Assembly: GCA_964016885.1 (NCBI GenBank)
Contig: OZ024760.1
Coordinates: 16,368,001-16,432,000 of the forward strand
From: Eledone cirrhosa
Taxonomy: Eukaryota
Direction of reading: 5' to 3'
DNA length: 64,000 bases
The notes beneath the pieces are model-generated. The model saw only the letters and a list, made by a program, of their open reading frames with translations. It did no database searches and was not told the DNA's origin. Shown here one piece after another: positions 1 to 11,693 of the stretch (within the stretch, counting starts at the first letter, position 1; each line of letters opens with the position of its first letter). A program made the position numbers and the translations under genes.

Positions 1-260
1 CTATCAGGGTGGGGTCGGCCACCCGCAGAAGTGAGCCCTGTCGATTTGGAACGGCTATTTCGTCATGTCTCCCTCACTCTCCAGACGGGACCACGAGGCG
101 GCTTACTTCTGGGGTGGTGCATACGAGAGACTGTTCGCCCACATCAACCGGGCTTGTATCATTGGTGGGGGGTAGCGATGTTTTGAGTATTCTTTTTCAT
201 GTTTTCAACAGACAACCTCTACCTTACGTTTTTGTAATATTGTTAGCAATGTTTTTAATT
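1..260 (+). mobile_element. More degraded copy of the same CRE-like 3' end
   Basis: IRVGSATRRSEPC / DLERLFRHVSLTLQTG (with a frameshift) aligns to [29 protein letters not shown]. Confidence 0.5.
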
Positions 261-380
261 TAATTATTAATTGTTTCTACTTTTGGCACAAGGCCAGCAA
301 ATTACCCAGTGCATTACTGGTACTTTATTTTATCGACCCCGTAAGGATAACTAAATAATAATAATAAATAATATATATAT

Positions 381-527
381 AAGAATAGAAACGATAAAGT
401 TTACATTACGGGCAGAAGAAGGGTAGGGCAGCATTTAATTAACTTTGAAATATTATTAATTAAAGTTAATTAAATGCTGCCCTACCCTTCTTCTACCCAT
501 AATGTAAACTTTATCGTTTCTATTCTT
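381..527. repeat. Near-perfect inverted repeat, 66-bp arms
   Basis: 381-446 versus 462-527 with 2 mismatches; followed by a decayed CTG(G)AAGA...GAAACACGAGTC motif. Confidence 0.85.
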
Positions 528-1552
528 TCCTGGAAGAGAGAGGGGGGGGGGGTATTTGATCGATAAAATAAAGTTGTAGTGAATTGAAACACGAGTCATT
601 TCATTGTCTGGTAATGTATCTAGTTTTTCTTGTGGGGTGGGGAGCCCAGTGGCGTAGTTAGAGTGTGTGTCACCAGAGGCACATCATCATCAACAACAAC
701 TACATCAACAGCATCATCATCATCATCGTCGTCATCAACAGCGATTCGTCTTCAATATCATCATTATGTACACATTAAAGTACCAGTAATGCACTGGGAA
801 ATTGCTGGCCTTGTGCCTAAAGTAGAAACAATTATATACACAATAACTTCATTATTATTTTTTTTTATTATCAATATCATCATCACCATCATTAACATTA
901 GCATAATCATCAGCATCATCAACTACATCATCATCACCATCAACAGTAACAACAAAAAGGAGTAAGTTGAAAACAATAGCGAGGGTGTCAGGGCGAGTGG
1001 GTGGGTGGGGGGAGGGGAGTGAGTCAGTGAAGGGGAAGAAACAAGGATGTAGTGGGTGGAGGAATGAATCAGTAGAAGAGAGGAGTGGGTGATAATGGTG
1101 GTGGGGATGGACTGACTGACTGACAGATCGATAGATCAATTGACAGACAGATAGACAAACAGATCGATAAACAGAGATAGATAGATGAATAGATAGACAG
1201 ACAGTTATGTTTCTTTATTAGTCACAGGGGCACAAAAGAAGGGGACAAATACAAAGGGGGAAGATAGACATAGATATGTTCTTTATTAGCAACAGGGGCA
1301 CAAAAGAAGGGGACAAATACAAAGGGGGATAGCTAGACAGATAGAAAGATAGATGTTAGAGTGATATATTTTATTGGAAGTTGAAACTTCACAAAAGGTT
1401 ACAGAGAGAGAGAGAGAAAGAGAGTTATAGATGAACAAACAGTGAGAGTAGGTGATAGACAGACTGAGTGAGTGAAAGGGAATGTAACAGACAGAAAGAA
1501 AAAAACAAACAAAACAACAACCAAAGTTAGCATTTACTGCGAATCTATAGTA

Positions 1553-1600
1553 ACTTCCGGCAGATCCACTTCCGCCATCTGTAGCTTCATTTTCCACGTG
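1553..1600 (+). promoter_or_regulatory. Putative bystin proximal promoter motifs: two ETS-type sites, YY1-like site, E-box
   Basis: ACTTCCGG 1553-1560, ACTTCCGC 1568-1575, CCGCCATCT 1572-1580 and CACGTG 1595-1600, clustered within about 100 bp upstream of the ATG. Confidence 0.5.
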
Positions 1601-1655
1601 CCGATGGTTTCAGGAGAAATTTACCAAATTATTTGCTGATCACCGATTAACAACA

Positions 1656-1787
1656 ATGGGTAAAATTAAAGGAGATAAACATAAAGCTAAAAACCCTCAC
1701 CTGGCTGACCAGATATTGGACGATAAATCTGTAAGGCCGCCAGGAAGGACGAAAGATAATCAAAATCGTCAAGATGACGACGACGAA
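1656..1787 (+). CDS. BYSL: Bystin exon 1 (MGKIKGDK...DDDDE)
   Basis: ATG at 1656, donor GTATGT at 1788, phase 0. Confidence 0.88.
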
Positions 1788-4700
1788 GTATGTAAAATAG
1801 ATTTATTTTTCTTTCCTAATATGGTTTTTAAATCGAATAGGCTATGTAGCCGGTAAACCCTAAAGGGACGCAACACACATCGCTATAGCGTTTCACCAGC
1901 CCCTTCCTCCTGTTGTCTGTATCTGTTTATGTATTTACGTGTAGATGTGTGTGTATGTAACTAAAGCGTAACGTACGTTACGAATGGACGACTAAATGAT
2001 TTTAACTTGTTTATTTTTACAATTGATGGTGGATAAGATTTCAAAAGGCCGCAACTCATGATGTCTGACTCTCTTACAGGCTACATATAATGGGAGTCTA
2101 TTTTACCGGGACCGACTACATAGCCTCTGTCTTAATATGATTTTAAAATGTCTTTCTTGTGGCTTGAGGTTCATCACATCGGAGCTTTCCCCAGTCCAAT
2201 GTGGTCTAAAGCAATTGAGAGTACAAGGCTCCCTACCCCTCATCCTGGACTAGACAACAGTCCATCGCATGGTTAACTCTCCAATTACTGAAGCTGCTGT
2301 TGGTGATCATACTCGTTTGTTTCAGTTCTATAGACTGGAGCAACGTGAAATGAAGTGTCTTGCTCAAGGACACAAAGTTTCACATAGTCTGGTGATAGAA
2401 CCCATGATCTTATTTACGGTTTGGTCAAGATAATCAAATCGACTTTCCCCTCCCCCATAATTGTTGGCCTTGTGCCTAAATCAGGAACCATTATTATTAT
2501 TATTATTATTATTATTATAGGGCGGTGATTTGGCAGTATCGGTAGAGCGTCGGACATGCTTTCCAGCATAGTTACGTCCCTTTACGATCTGAGTTCAAAT
2601 CCGGTCGAGGTTAACTTTGCCTTTCATCCTTACGGTCGTCGATAAAATAAAGTACCAGTAATGTACTGGGTAATTGCTGGCCTTGTGTCTAAAATAGAAA
2701 CAATTATTGTTATTATCATCAAATTCTTTCCTATCTTTTTTTCTTTCTAAATCAGTTTGTTGATGAGAAGTTATCACGTAAGATCCTGGAGCAGGCCCGA
2801 GCCCAACAGGAGGAACTTGAAGAGGAACATGGTATAAATAAATTACAGTAAGTAACTATAATTAATCTCTCTTAGACAGGTTTGCAGTTGAGCCCATAGT
2901 AGTGGAGATTTCTGGTATCCTTGGCCCTAGGACCACCTCCCTACTCACCACCATTGGCACAGAGTTGGCTAGACGCAGGTGTGAGCCTTGTGAGCTGGAA
3001 TGGCTCTTGCAGCGTGTCACCCTCACCATCCTCCGGGGAAACTCTGTCTCTATTCTGTCCATGGGGCGGCCAGCACGTGTGACCCCATTTGCTCATAATA
3101 GTGAGAGGTGGAGGCGGTGACAGTGGGAGTTTGGTTCCTCTGTGTTCGGACCTGGTGTACATATGTGTGTAATTTTACATATATTTTCGGCTTTACCGCT
3201 ACTGTTATAAAAGAAAAATAGATTTCCAGAAAATTACTCGTTCTTACTTATTATTAATATATATATATATGGATTGGCAGTATTGGTAGAGGGTCGGACG
3301 CCATGCTTTGACGTATAGAGTTACGGCCCTTGCCATTCTGAGTTCAAATCCCGCCAAGGTTAACTTTGCCTTTCATCCTTACGGGGTCGATAAAATAAAG
3401 TACCAGTAATGCACTGGGTAATTGCTGGCCTTGTGCCTAACGTAGATACAATTATTAATATATATATAAGGGCGGTGAATTGGCAGTATCAGTAGACGGT
3501 TGGACACCATGCTTTGTAGTATAGTTACGTCCCTTTATGGTCTGAGTTCAAATCCCGTCGAGGTTAACTTTGCCTTTCATCTTTACGGGGTCGATAAAAT
3601 AAAGTACCAGTAATGTACTGGGTAATTGCTGGCCTTGTGTCTAAAATAGAAACAATTATTAATATATATATATATAATATTAGGTATAAATTGAAGTTGT
3701 AGCTGCAGGCGCAGATATCAATCAGAAGATGGCAACATGAATGGGCCTGTTATTTTTATCTAAAGACAATTTATCCAATTCCCACCTACCTGTCCTTTCA
3801 ATCTATCTAATTTCTCATTCTTTCTTCTGATGAAGGACCCTCTTCCTGCTATTTCAAGCGTTAAACTAATATATTGTACCAATTATGTTGTTATTTCTGT
3901 TTACCTTTTAAATACATATATACACCCACACACACACACATAAATATATATATATGTATTTAGGTTTGAAGGTTCAGCACTGGATAGAGCTGGTCATTTC
4001 GTATGGTCAATCTTGATGTAATAATATGGAGAGTACTCAACGTAAAGCAGCTCAACCGTCTTCGTTTGTGTAGTTGGTGGTGCGAGTACGGAGTTAAATA
4101 TTATAATAAACCTTTCAAGGATTTACACAAGTCCAGCCTCCTGTTATTTTATTATAATATATATGGAGGCACATGGCTTAGTGGTTAGAGCATTGGCCTT
4201 GTAATCGAAAGGTTGTGAGTTCAATTCTCAGACCGGGTGATGTGTTGTTTCCTTGAGCAAGGTACTTTATTTCACACTGCTCCAGTTTCCTCAGCTGTAG
4301 AAATGAGATGATAGGGACCGGGGTCCCTATCATTCCACTGTAAAGTGGACGTGGAAGTGCCACGGCAAAAAAGCACCCAGCACTCACTGTAAATGAGGTT
4401 GGTGTTAGGAAGGGCATCCAGCTGTAGAAATCAAGCCAGCATCAGTTCCCGTCCCACCCTTGCAAGCAGGGAAAAGCGGACGTAAAATGAAATGATGATG
4501 ATGAATGAAATGATGATATATATATATATATACAGTGTCTGACTCTTTCACAGGACAAAGAAAAAGAAGAAAGTGTCCCTTGACATCTGCCCAACTCAAC
4601 ATTCTGAAGATGAAGATTCTGGTAAATCTGACACTGAAAGTTATGTGGAGCAAGAAATTGTGAGTTGAATGTTGACTGTTATCATTGTTGTTGTTGTTGT

Positions 4701-7700
4701 GGTTCTCTATATTTCTCTGGAAGATATCTGCTGTATTTAGACTTGGAGATGATTGGCTCTGCCATGTTTAAAAAATGATGATCATTATGAGTTATGCACG
4801 TACGTGTACACTATGTCCACCCAGTATATATACACTATGTCCACCCAGTATATATACACTATGTCCACCCAGTATATATACACTATATCCACCCAGTATA
4901 TATACACTATGTCCACCCAGTATATATACACTATATCCACCCAGTATATATACACTATATCCACCCAGTATATATACACTATATCCACCCAGTATATATA
5001 CACTATGTCCACCCAGTATATATACACTATGTCCACCCAGTATATATACACTATGTCCACCCAGTATATATACACTATGTCCACCCAGTATATATACACT
5101 ATGTCCACCCAGTATATATACACTATGTCTATCCTGTATATATACACTATATCCATACAATATATATACACACTATGTCCACCCAGTATATATACACTAT
5201 ATCCACCCAGTATATATACACTATATCCACCCAGTATATATACACTATATCCACCCAGTATATATACACTATGTCCACCCAGTATATATACACTATGTCC
5301 ACCCAGTATATATACACTATATCCACCCAGTATATATACACTATGTCCACCCAGTATATATACACTATGTCCACCCAGTATATATACACTATGTCCACCC
5401 AGTATATATACACTATATCCACCCAGTATATATACACTATATCCATGCAATATATATATACACTATGTCCACCCAGTATATATACACTATGTCCACCCAG
5501 TATATATATACACTATGTCCACCCAGTATATATACACTATATGCAGCCAGTGTATATAGACTATATAAGCCAGTATATATAATGTCTTCTGTTCTGTAGC
5601 CAATCAACAAAGAAGATGAAGAAGCCCTGGAAATGTTTATGTCGAAACAACCACCAAAGCGTCTCTGTCTGGCAGACATTATTATGGAGAAATTATCAGC
5701 TAAACGTACAGAGATTAATTCTGTACTTTCAGGTAGGATATTTTATTTTACTAACATCAAGGGTGGAGTTGAGGGTGACCTGCTTCTTGTAGTTGCTGTC
5801 AACCCTATATAAACAGTTCATCTTGTTCTTATGTCTCCTATGATCAAACCTATACAAGCAGGTGTTGTTGGTGTTGTTGTTATGTCTCCTATGGTCAACC
5901 CTGTACAAACAGTCATTGTTGTTTTTTAATCTCCCAAGGTCGGCCCTATACTTTTTGTTGTTTCCCTGGTCAACCCTGTACAAGCAGTTGTTTAGTCTCC
6001 CAGTGTCAACCCTGTACAAACAGTTATTTAGTCTCCCAGTGTTGACCCTGTACAAGCAGTTATTTAGTCTCCCTAGTTCCCAGTATCAACCCTGTACAAA
6101 CAGTTATTTAGTCTCCCAGTGTCAACCCTGTACAAGCAGTTATTTAGTCTCCCTAGTTCCCAGTATCAACCCTGTACAAACAGTTATTTAGTCTCTCAGT
6201 GTTAACCCTGTACAAGCAGTTATTTAGTCTCCCAGTGTCAACCCTGTACAAGCAGTTATTTAGTCTCCCAATGTCAGCCATAAGCACATACAGACCTCCT
6301 AAGATTAATGTATCATGTGTTTCTTATGTAGTCAATGTAGATTTATATGTTGCTAACATTTATTAATATTCTTAACACAGTATGATTATTTCTACTTTTG
6401 GCACAAGGCCAGCAATTATCCCAGTGCATTACTGGTACTTTATACTTTATTCTCAACACAATATAATGTAGAGTCATTGTATCTTTGATGTTGTTGTATA
6501 TCCTCTCTAGACAACGATGGTGTTGAAGTGAAAGATATGGATGAGCGTGTTGTTGAGATGTATCGGAATGTCCGCAATATTCTCAGCGTCTACAGGAGTG
6601 GTAAATTGCCAAAGCCGTTTAAAATTATTCCATCTTTGAGGAACTGGGAACAGGTAAGCCAGTGACCTTTCTTAAACATTTCACCAAAGACTTTAGCTCC
6701 ACTGTATTAGTGTCAAGGACAAGTCAGCCTCCCCTTAGTGTTGGTGATCTACACCAGAGGTCCTCAAAGTAAGGCATTGAGAAGGTCCTGGGGTTGGTGG
6801 GGAGTGGTAGGGGTGATGTAATAGTATATTAAATATCAACTGATACATCATCATCATCATCATCATCGTTTAATGTCTATATAAATGTATGAATATAGTA
6901 AAATAAAAAATATAATATTCATTTATACATAGTATATATTATATTATTCATCATATATTAATTAATGATTTTATTTATTATCAAATGATACATAGTATAT
7001 ATTATATTATTTATTATGGAGCACATATGGAGGCTTAGTGGTTAAAGCATTGGCCTTGAAATCGAAAGGTTGTGAGTTCAATTCTCAGAGCGGGTCATGT
7101 GTTGTTTCTTTGAGCAAGACACTTTATTTCACATTGCTCCAGTTTACTCAGCTGTAGAAATGAGATGATAGGACTGGGTTCCCTATCATTCCACTGCAAA
7201 GTGATCGTAGAAGCGCCACGGCAAAAAAGCACCCAGCACTCACTGTAAATGAGGTTGGTGTTAGGAAGGGCATCCAGCTGTAGAAATCAAGCCAGAATCA
7301 GTTCCCGTCCCACCCTTGCAAACAGGGAAAAGCGGACGTGAAATGAAATGAAATTAATGGTTTAGGAAGGGCATCGAGCCGTAGAAAACCTACAAGATAT
7401 AGTCCTATTCGAGCAAGACATTATCAACCGATCAATCTTGCTTCAAGTGGGACAATTCCCGTCTAATCCATGCTAGTGTGGAAGATGGATGTTAAACGAT
7501 GATGATGATGATGATGATATTTACAATTTGCATGTAGGCAGGTCTCTCTAGAAATAAGGTTGGGAGTTGGGTACTACATGGCCATGAGAATTCTGGCCGG
7601 ATATAACTGGTTTAAATGTTAAAGGTTTAAAATGATGGTGTGTTTATAGCCTTCTCATGTTTAATGTTTTGTTGGTCTCTATTTCAGGTGTTACACATTA

Positions 7701-10419
7701 CACGACCTGACCAGTGGTCAGCTGCTGCCATGTATCAAGGAACGAGAATATTTGCATCAAATCTCAACTCAAAGATGGCTCAGAGGTGAGTTGAAGAGTC
7801 TGGTTATCATACATTAGAACTACTTTAGCATCACGTTTCTAAGTTACCATACATAACAACCAGCTTATCATCACGTTACTAAGTTACCATACATAACAAC
7901 CTCCTTAGCATCATGTTCTTATTAAGTTACCATACATAACAACCTCCTTAGCATCATGTTACTAAGTTACCATACATAACAACCAGCTTAGCAACATGTT
8001 ATTGTTAATTTATATCAAGGAGGCACATGGCTTAGTGGTTAGAGCATTGGCCTTGCAATCGAAAGGTTGTGAGTTCAATTCTCAGACCGGGTGATGTGTT
8101 GTTTTCTTGAGCAAGACACTTCATTTCACATTGCTCCAGTTTACTCAGCTGTAGACTGAGGTCCCTATCATTCCACTGCAAAGTGGTCGTGGAGGTGCCA
8201 CGGCAAAAAAGCACCCAGCACTCACTGTAAATGAGGTTGGTGTTAGGAAGGGCATCCAGCTGTAGAAATCAAGCCAGAATCAGTTCCCGTCCCACCCTTG
8301 CAAGCAGGGAAAAGCGGACATGAAATGATGATGATGATGATGATGATGATCAAAAGTCCAGTTTAGAAAACATTTTTAAACAGAAATTAAAATTAATTAT
8401 TTTTTTATTATGGGGTTTTCATTTTCACATTTTCTTTCTCTTTTCTTTTTCTTCTTCCAAATCTTTCTTAGATTCTACAACCTGGTTCTGTTTCCAAGGA
8501 TACGAGATGATATTACACAATATAAACAATTGAATTATCATTTATACATGGTAAGTTGTGTCTAATAGATTCTTTATACATACATGCTATGTTATGTGTT
8601 TGAGTATGTATGTATAAGGTGTTTATATGTGTGTGTATGTGTGCATGAGTATGTATGTATATGTATGAGATATGTGTATGCATATATGCATATATGTATG
8701 TATGCTACCACTTAAAATAAAATTGACCAAAAGTTTTTATCTCACATAATATGGAACCTATGAGATTTTGATATTATTTATTTTGAGAACAATACCTTAA
8801 CATAAGTATGAATGTAAGAGTGGCCAGTTACGATCAGTTTGAACAGAAAGAGGTGAGAGAATTCTGACCGGATATGGCTGGTTTAAATAATATTTTCTTT
8901 GTTTACATTTCAGGCATTACGGAAAGCTTTATTTAAACCAGCTGCTTTCTTCAAAGGTATCCTTATTCCCCTCTGTGAGGTGAGTACCCTACTTTGTCGC
9001 TAGATTTTAAATTTGACCCTGGTTCTTACGGTTAACAGATTGTTATAAATTGAAGATGGTACCTGTTGTCTATTAGACAGACTGATATAGTCAGAGTTAA
9101 TGATCATTTCTACTATAGCTGCACTTTCTCGCTGTCTCTCTCTTTGGGCTGATTGTACCATCAGTATCATCACTATTTCTCACTCACTCTCTCTGTCTCT
9201 CCCCAGTCTGGTTGTCATTGTCACCACTATAGCCATCTGCCTGTCAGTCTCTCTATCTCTTACACATACACTTCTCTCTCTCCCACACTTCTCTCTGTCT
9301 CTCTCTCTCACACACTTCTCCCTCTCCGGGCTGACTGTATCCTCAGAGAAACTACCATCATTGCCACTGTCACCACTATATCTGTCTCTCTCTCACATAC
9401 ACTTCTCTCTGTCTCTCTCTCTCACACACACACACACTTCTCTCTGTCTCTCTCTCTCTCTCTCACACACTTCTCTCTGTCTCTCACACACACACTTCTC
9501 TCTGTCTCTCTTTCTCTCACACACACTTCTCTCTCTCTCTCTCCAGGCTGACTGTACCCTCAGAGAAGCTACCATTGTTATCACTGTCACCACTATGGTC
9601 TGTCTGTACCCTCAGAAAAGATACCATTGTTATCATTGTCACCATTATGCCTGTCTATTTGTCTCTATCTCACACATACTCTTTCTGTCTCTCCCCAGGC
9701 TGACTGTAGCCTCAGAGAAGCCACCATCGTTGCCAGTATTCTTGTTAAATATTCAGTCCCAATGCTCCATGCCGCTGCAGCGATGCTCAAGTTAGCTGAG
9801 ATGGATTACAATGGAGGTACTTCCATCTTCCTCAGAGCTCTTCTCGATAAGAAATATGCTCTTCCATATCGCGTCGTTGATGGTATCGTTTACCACTTCC
9901 TAGGGTAAGTAAAATTTCTTCCTATGTTTCGCTCTACCATTTTACCTTGTAAAAAGAACTCGGACGGTTGGGCCTCCAACCAGGTCTCTGTAGCAGTGAT
10001 CTAGCCAGGAACATTTCACTCCCCCCCCCCCCCCTTTGAGAGAGATATATGCCGGCCTCCTACACATATCTGTTGTTGTACATAAAAGGAGAGTAAGATT
10101 TGCTGGCCACTGCCATCGTGCCACCCCTGAGGCTGTGTCCCCATTAGTGCTTTGGAAACCACAAGCAGTCACTAATAACAGGGCGTGCAAGCTCTCCTAT
10201 CCCAATTTGCTGGCCACTGCCATCGTGCCACCTATGAGGCTGTGTCCCCATTACTGCTTCTTTGGAAACCACAAGCAGTCACTAATAACAGGGGGCGCAA
10301 GCTCTCCTATCCCGATGTCATCTCCAGAGATTCTGGTATTGAAATCCAAGATTTACCAGCGGCAATGAACGACAGACCCACGTGGACATCAATTGTTGAG
10401 TCGATTTCGGCTGAGGCTG

Positions 10420-10455
<36 letters not shown>

Positions 10456-10793
10456 TTTAGTAGCAGTCAAGCACATGAACCTCACAAAATACTCCTTCAT
10501 CTTACACCAACGTTTCCAAAATAATTCTACACTAATTTATTCTTTTTACCCTCAGATTTGCCAGGGAACAGCGCCATCTACCTGTGCTGTGGCACCAGTG
10601 TTTCCTCACGTTTGCACAACGCTATAAGGAAACCATCTCCAGTGAGCAGAAGGAGTCACTGTTAGAAGTACTGAAAGTTCACAACCATCCAGAGATCACA
10701 CCAGACATTCGGTGGGAACTTCTCAACTCCAAGAGTCGCGATGAGAAGAAAGAAGAACCACCACCAGGTGCAGTTGCAATGGATATTCTGTGA
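1656..10793 (+). CDS. BYSL: Bystin (Enp1 homolog, pre-40S ribosome biogenesis factor); 10 coding exons, 430 aa
   Basis: Exons 1656-1787, 2756-2847, 4554-4659, 5600-5732, 6511-6653, 7688-7785, 8472-8550, 8914-8979, 9699-9904, 10556-10793. All introns are GT-AG with consistent phases; the 1293 nt form one open frame with bystin motifs [71 protein letters not shown]. Confidence 0.96.
2520..2712 (+). mobile_element. tRNA-derived SINE family B (Nin/Deu-like central domain)
   Basis: B box GAGTTCAAATCC, core GCCTTTCATCCTTACGGGGTCGATAAAATAAAGTACC, (ATT)n tail; many copies in the window. Confidence 0.8.
2756..2847 (+). CDS. BYSL: Bystin exon 2 ([26 protein letters not shown])
   Basis: Pyrimidine tract + CAG acceptor, GTAAGT donor; matches bystin N-terminal motif LSRxILxQARxQQEELE. 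Confidence 0.92.
2875..3225 (+). mobile_element. 3' fragment of a CRE-like (restriction-like endonuclease) non-LTR retrotransposon in bystin intron 2
   Basis: Translates [51 protein letters not shown], the C-terminal pattern of RLE-bearing elements. Confidence 0.65.
3270..3662 (+). mobile_element. Two tandem SINE family B copies
   Basis: 3270-3458 and 3469-3662. Confidence 0.8.
4165..4516 (+). mobile_element. tRNA-derived SINE family A (RTE-type tail)
   Basis: A box TGGCTTAGTGG, B box GAGTTCAATTC, central CCTTGAGCAAG..ACTT, 3' end shared with the RTE 3' UTR, (ATG)n tail. Confidence 0.85.
4554..4659 (+). CDS. BYSL: Bystin exon 3 (basic/acidic linker)
   Basis: ttcacag acceptor, GTGAGT donor; frame links exon 2 (phase 2) to exon 4 (phase 0). 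Confidence 0.8.
4808..5580. repeat. 24-bp minisatellite (CACTATRTCCACCCAGTATATATA)n, about 30 units, bystin intron 3
   Basis: Direct periodicity; explains the overlapping repetitive ORFs. Confidence 0.95.
5600..5732 (+). CDS. BYSL: Bystin exon 4 ([14 protein letters not shown]...LADIIMEKL)
   Basis: Conserved motif, TAG acceptor and GTAG donor. Confidence 0.93.
5790..6275. repeat. 36/44-bp minisatellite, bystin intron 4
   Basis: CAGTGTCAACCCTGTACAARCAGTTATTTAGTCTCC units. Confidence 0.9.
6511..6653 (+). CDS. BYSL: Bystin exon 5 (...[21 protein letters not shown])
   Basis: Conserved motif, ctctag acceptor and GTAAGC donor. Confidence 0.95.
7018..7518 (+). mobile_element. SINE family A copy plus an adjacent RTE 3'-end fragment
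   Basis: Near-identical to 4165-4516; a second tail at 7360-7518. Confidence 0.8.
7688..7785 (+). CDS. BYSL: Bystin exon 6 ([33 protein letters not shown])
   Basis: Conserved motif, tttcag acceptor and GTGAGT donor. Confidence 0.95.
7822..8002. repeat. ~40-bp minisatellite, 4 units
   Basis: AAGTTACCATACATAACAACC..CTTAGCATCA.GTTACT. Confidence 0.85.
8019..8350 (+). mobile_element. SINE family A copy
   Basis: Near-identical to 4165-4516. Confidence 0.85.
8472..8550 (+). CDS. BYSL: Bystin exon 7 ([26 protein letters not shown])
   Basis: Conserved motif, cttag acceptor and GTAAGT donor. Confidence 0.95.
8914..8979 (+). CDS. BYSL: Bystin exon 8 ([22 protein letters not shown])
   Basis: Conserved motif, tttcag acceptor and GTGAGT donor. 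Confidence 0.95.
9699..9904 (+). CDS. BYSL: Bystin exon 9 ([11 protein letters not shown]...[21 protein letters not shown])
   Basis: Conserved motif, ccccag acceptor and GTAAGT donor. Confidence 0.95.
10040..10453 (+). mobile_element. 5'-truncated RTE-type LINE 3' end with internal duplication (bystin intron 9)
   Basis: [12 protein letters not shown]...[13 protein letters not shown]...AMNDRPTW, (GAT)n tail; segment of about 110 bp duplicated. Confidence 0.75.
10556..10793 (+). CDS. BYSL: Bystin exon 10 ([14 protein letters not shown]...MDIL-stop)
   Basis: ctcag acceptor, conserved C-terminal motif, TGA at 10791-10793. Confidence 0.94.
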
Positions 10794-10828
10794 ATAAAAC
10801 AGAATATGGTTGATCTTTTGTAAATAAA
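10793..10828 (+). terminator. Candidate bystin polyadenylation signals
   Basis: AATAAA at 10793-10798 (overlapping the stop codon) and at 10823-10828, followed by T/GT-rich sequence. Confidence 0.5.
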
Positions 10829-10913
10829 TGTTGAACCTTGTGGAAATACTACGACTTACTCAGATTTGTTTTTCTTTATCTTGTCATAAACATAACCATA
10901 TTGATTGTGTGAA

Positions 10914-10944
<31 letters not shown>

Positions 10945-11049
10945 TTGCTTAAATATATATATATTGCAAGCAGGGAAAAGCGGACGTAAAATGATGATGA
11001 TGATATACTTAAACTTTAATCTGTTATTTTAATAAATATATATATATAT

Positions 11050-11295
11050 CCAAGGAGTGTAACTTGGAGTTACTGTAGGTTGACCTGGGGGAGCACTCGA
11101 TGTTTGGGTTCACTTCAGTGTCGAGGTGTAGAGGTAGACAGAGTGTATTATAGTGAAATAAAATACCAAGGACGATTGGTTACTCCTTCATTACGTTTAT
11201 TGGTTGGTGAGGCGCGTTTCGCCACTGATCAGCTCGAGGTTTGATCTGTATCGATCTATCCCGACTCTGTAATCCACGGCTCGTCAGACCCCTTA
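11050..11295 (-). mobile_element. Penelope-like terminal fragment with a degenerate hammerhead (CTGACGA-GCC...GGC-GAAA-CGCG)
   Basis: Core motifs at 11206-11291 (minus); the downstream tail recurs at 41550-41670; TA-flanked. Confidence 0.5.
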
Positions 11296-11649
11296 TAATA
11301 TAATGAAATATATATATATATCATCATCATGATCATAATTTTACATCCGCCTTTCCCTGCTTGCAAGGGTGCTACAGGTCTTTTTCAGCACAGCATCTGT
11401 CCATTCATCACGGTCCTTCATCATCGCCTCCGTGAGCTTCAGCCAAGATAATAGGTGTTTTAGAGGAAAGAATGAGGACGATAGAATTTTAATTATCTCA
11501 AATGTTTTCGGGTCTAAAAACCCATTATCAAGAGAGGATCTGTGTGTACGTCTTCAAAGAGTTGTTTGGCTGGCAGATTTACATATATACATATATAGTT
11601 TTTTTAATCATTTGACTTGTTTCGGTTAGATAGCTGAGACAATTATGTA

Positions 11650-11693
<44 letters not shown>

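Noticed and set aside
1286-1597. 103-aa divergent ORF upstream of bystin
   Set aside because: Runs into GA/GACA simple repeats and has no recognisable domain; a divergent first exon cannot be excluded but is unsupported.
4165-4240. tRNA gene (also at the other SINE heads)
   Set aside because: A/B boxes are present but there is no complete cloverleaf/acceptor stem, and the head always continues into a SINE body.
4178-4417. Recurrent 79-aa [15 protein letters not shown]... (also 39645, 47641, 58060)
   Set aside because: Antisense reading of SINE family A; recurrence reflects copy identity, not a gene family.
4753-5599. Overlapping 220-274-aa ORFs with repeating peptides (YTMSTQYI etc.)
   Set aside because: Translation of a stop-free 24-bp intronic minisatellite in several frames; not coding.
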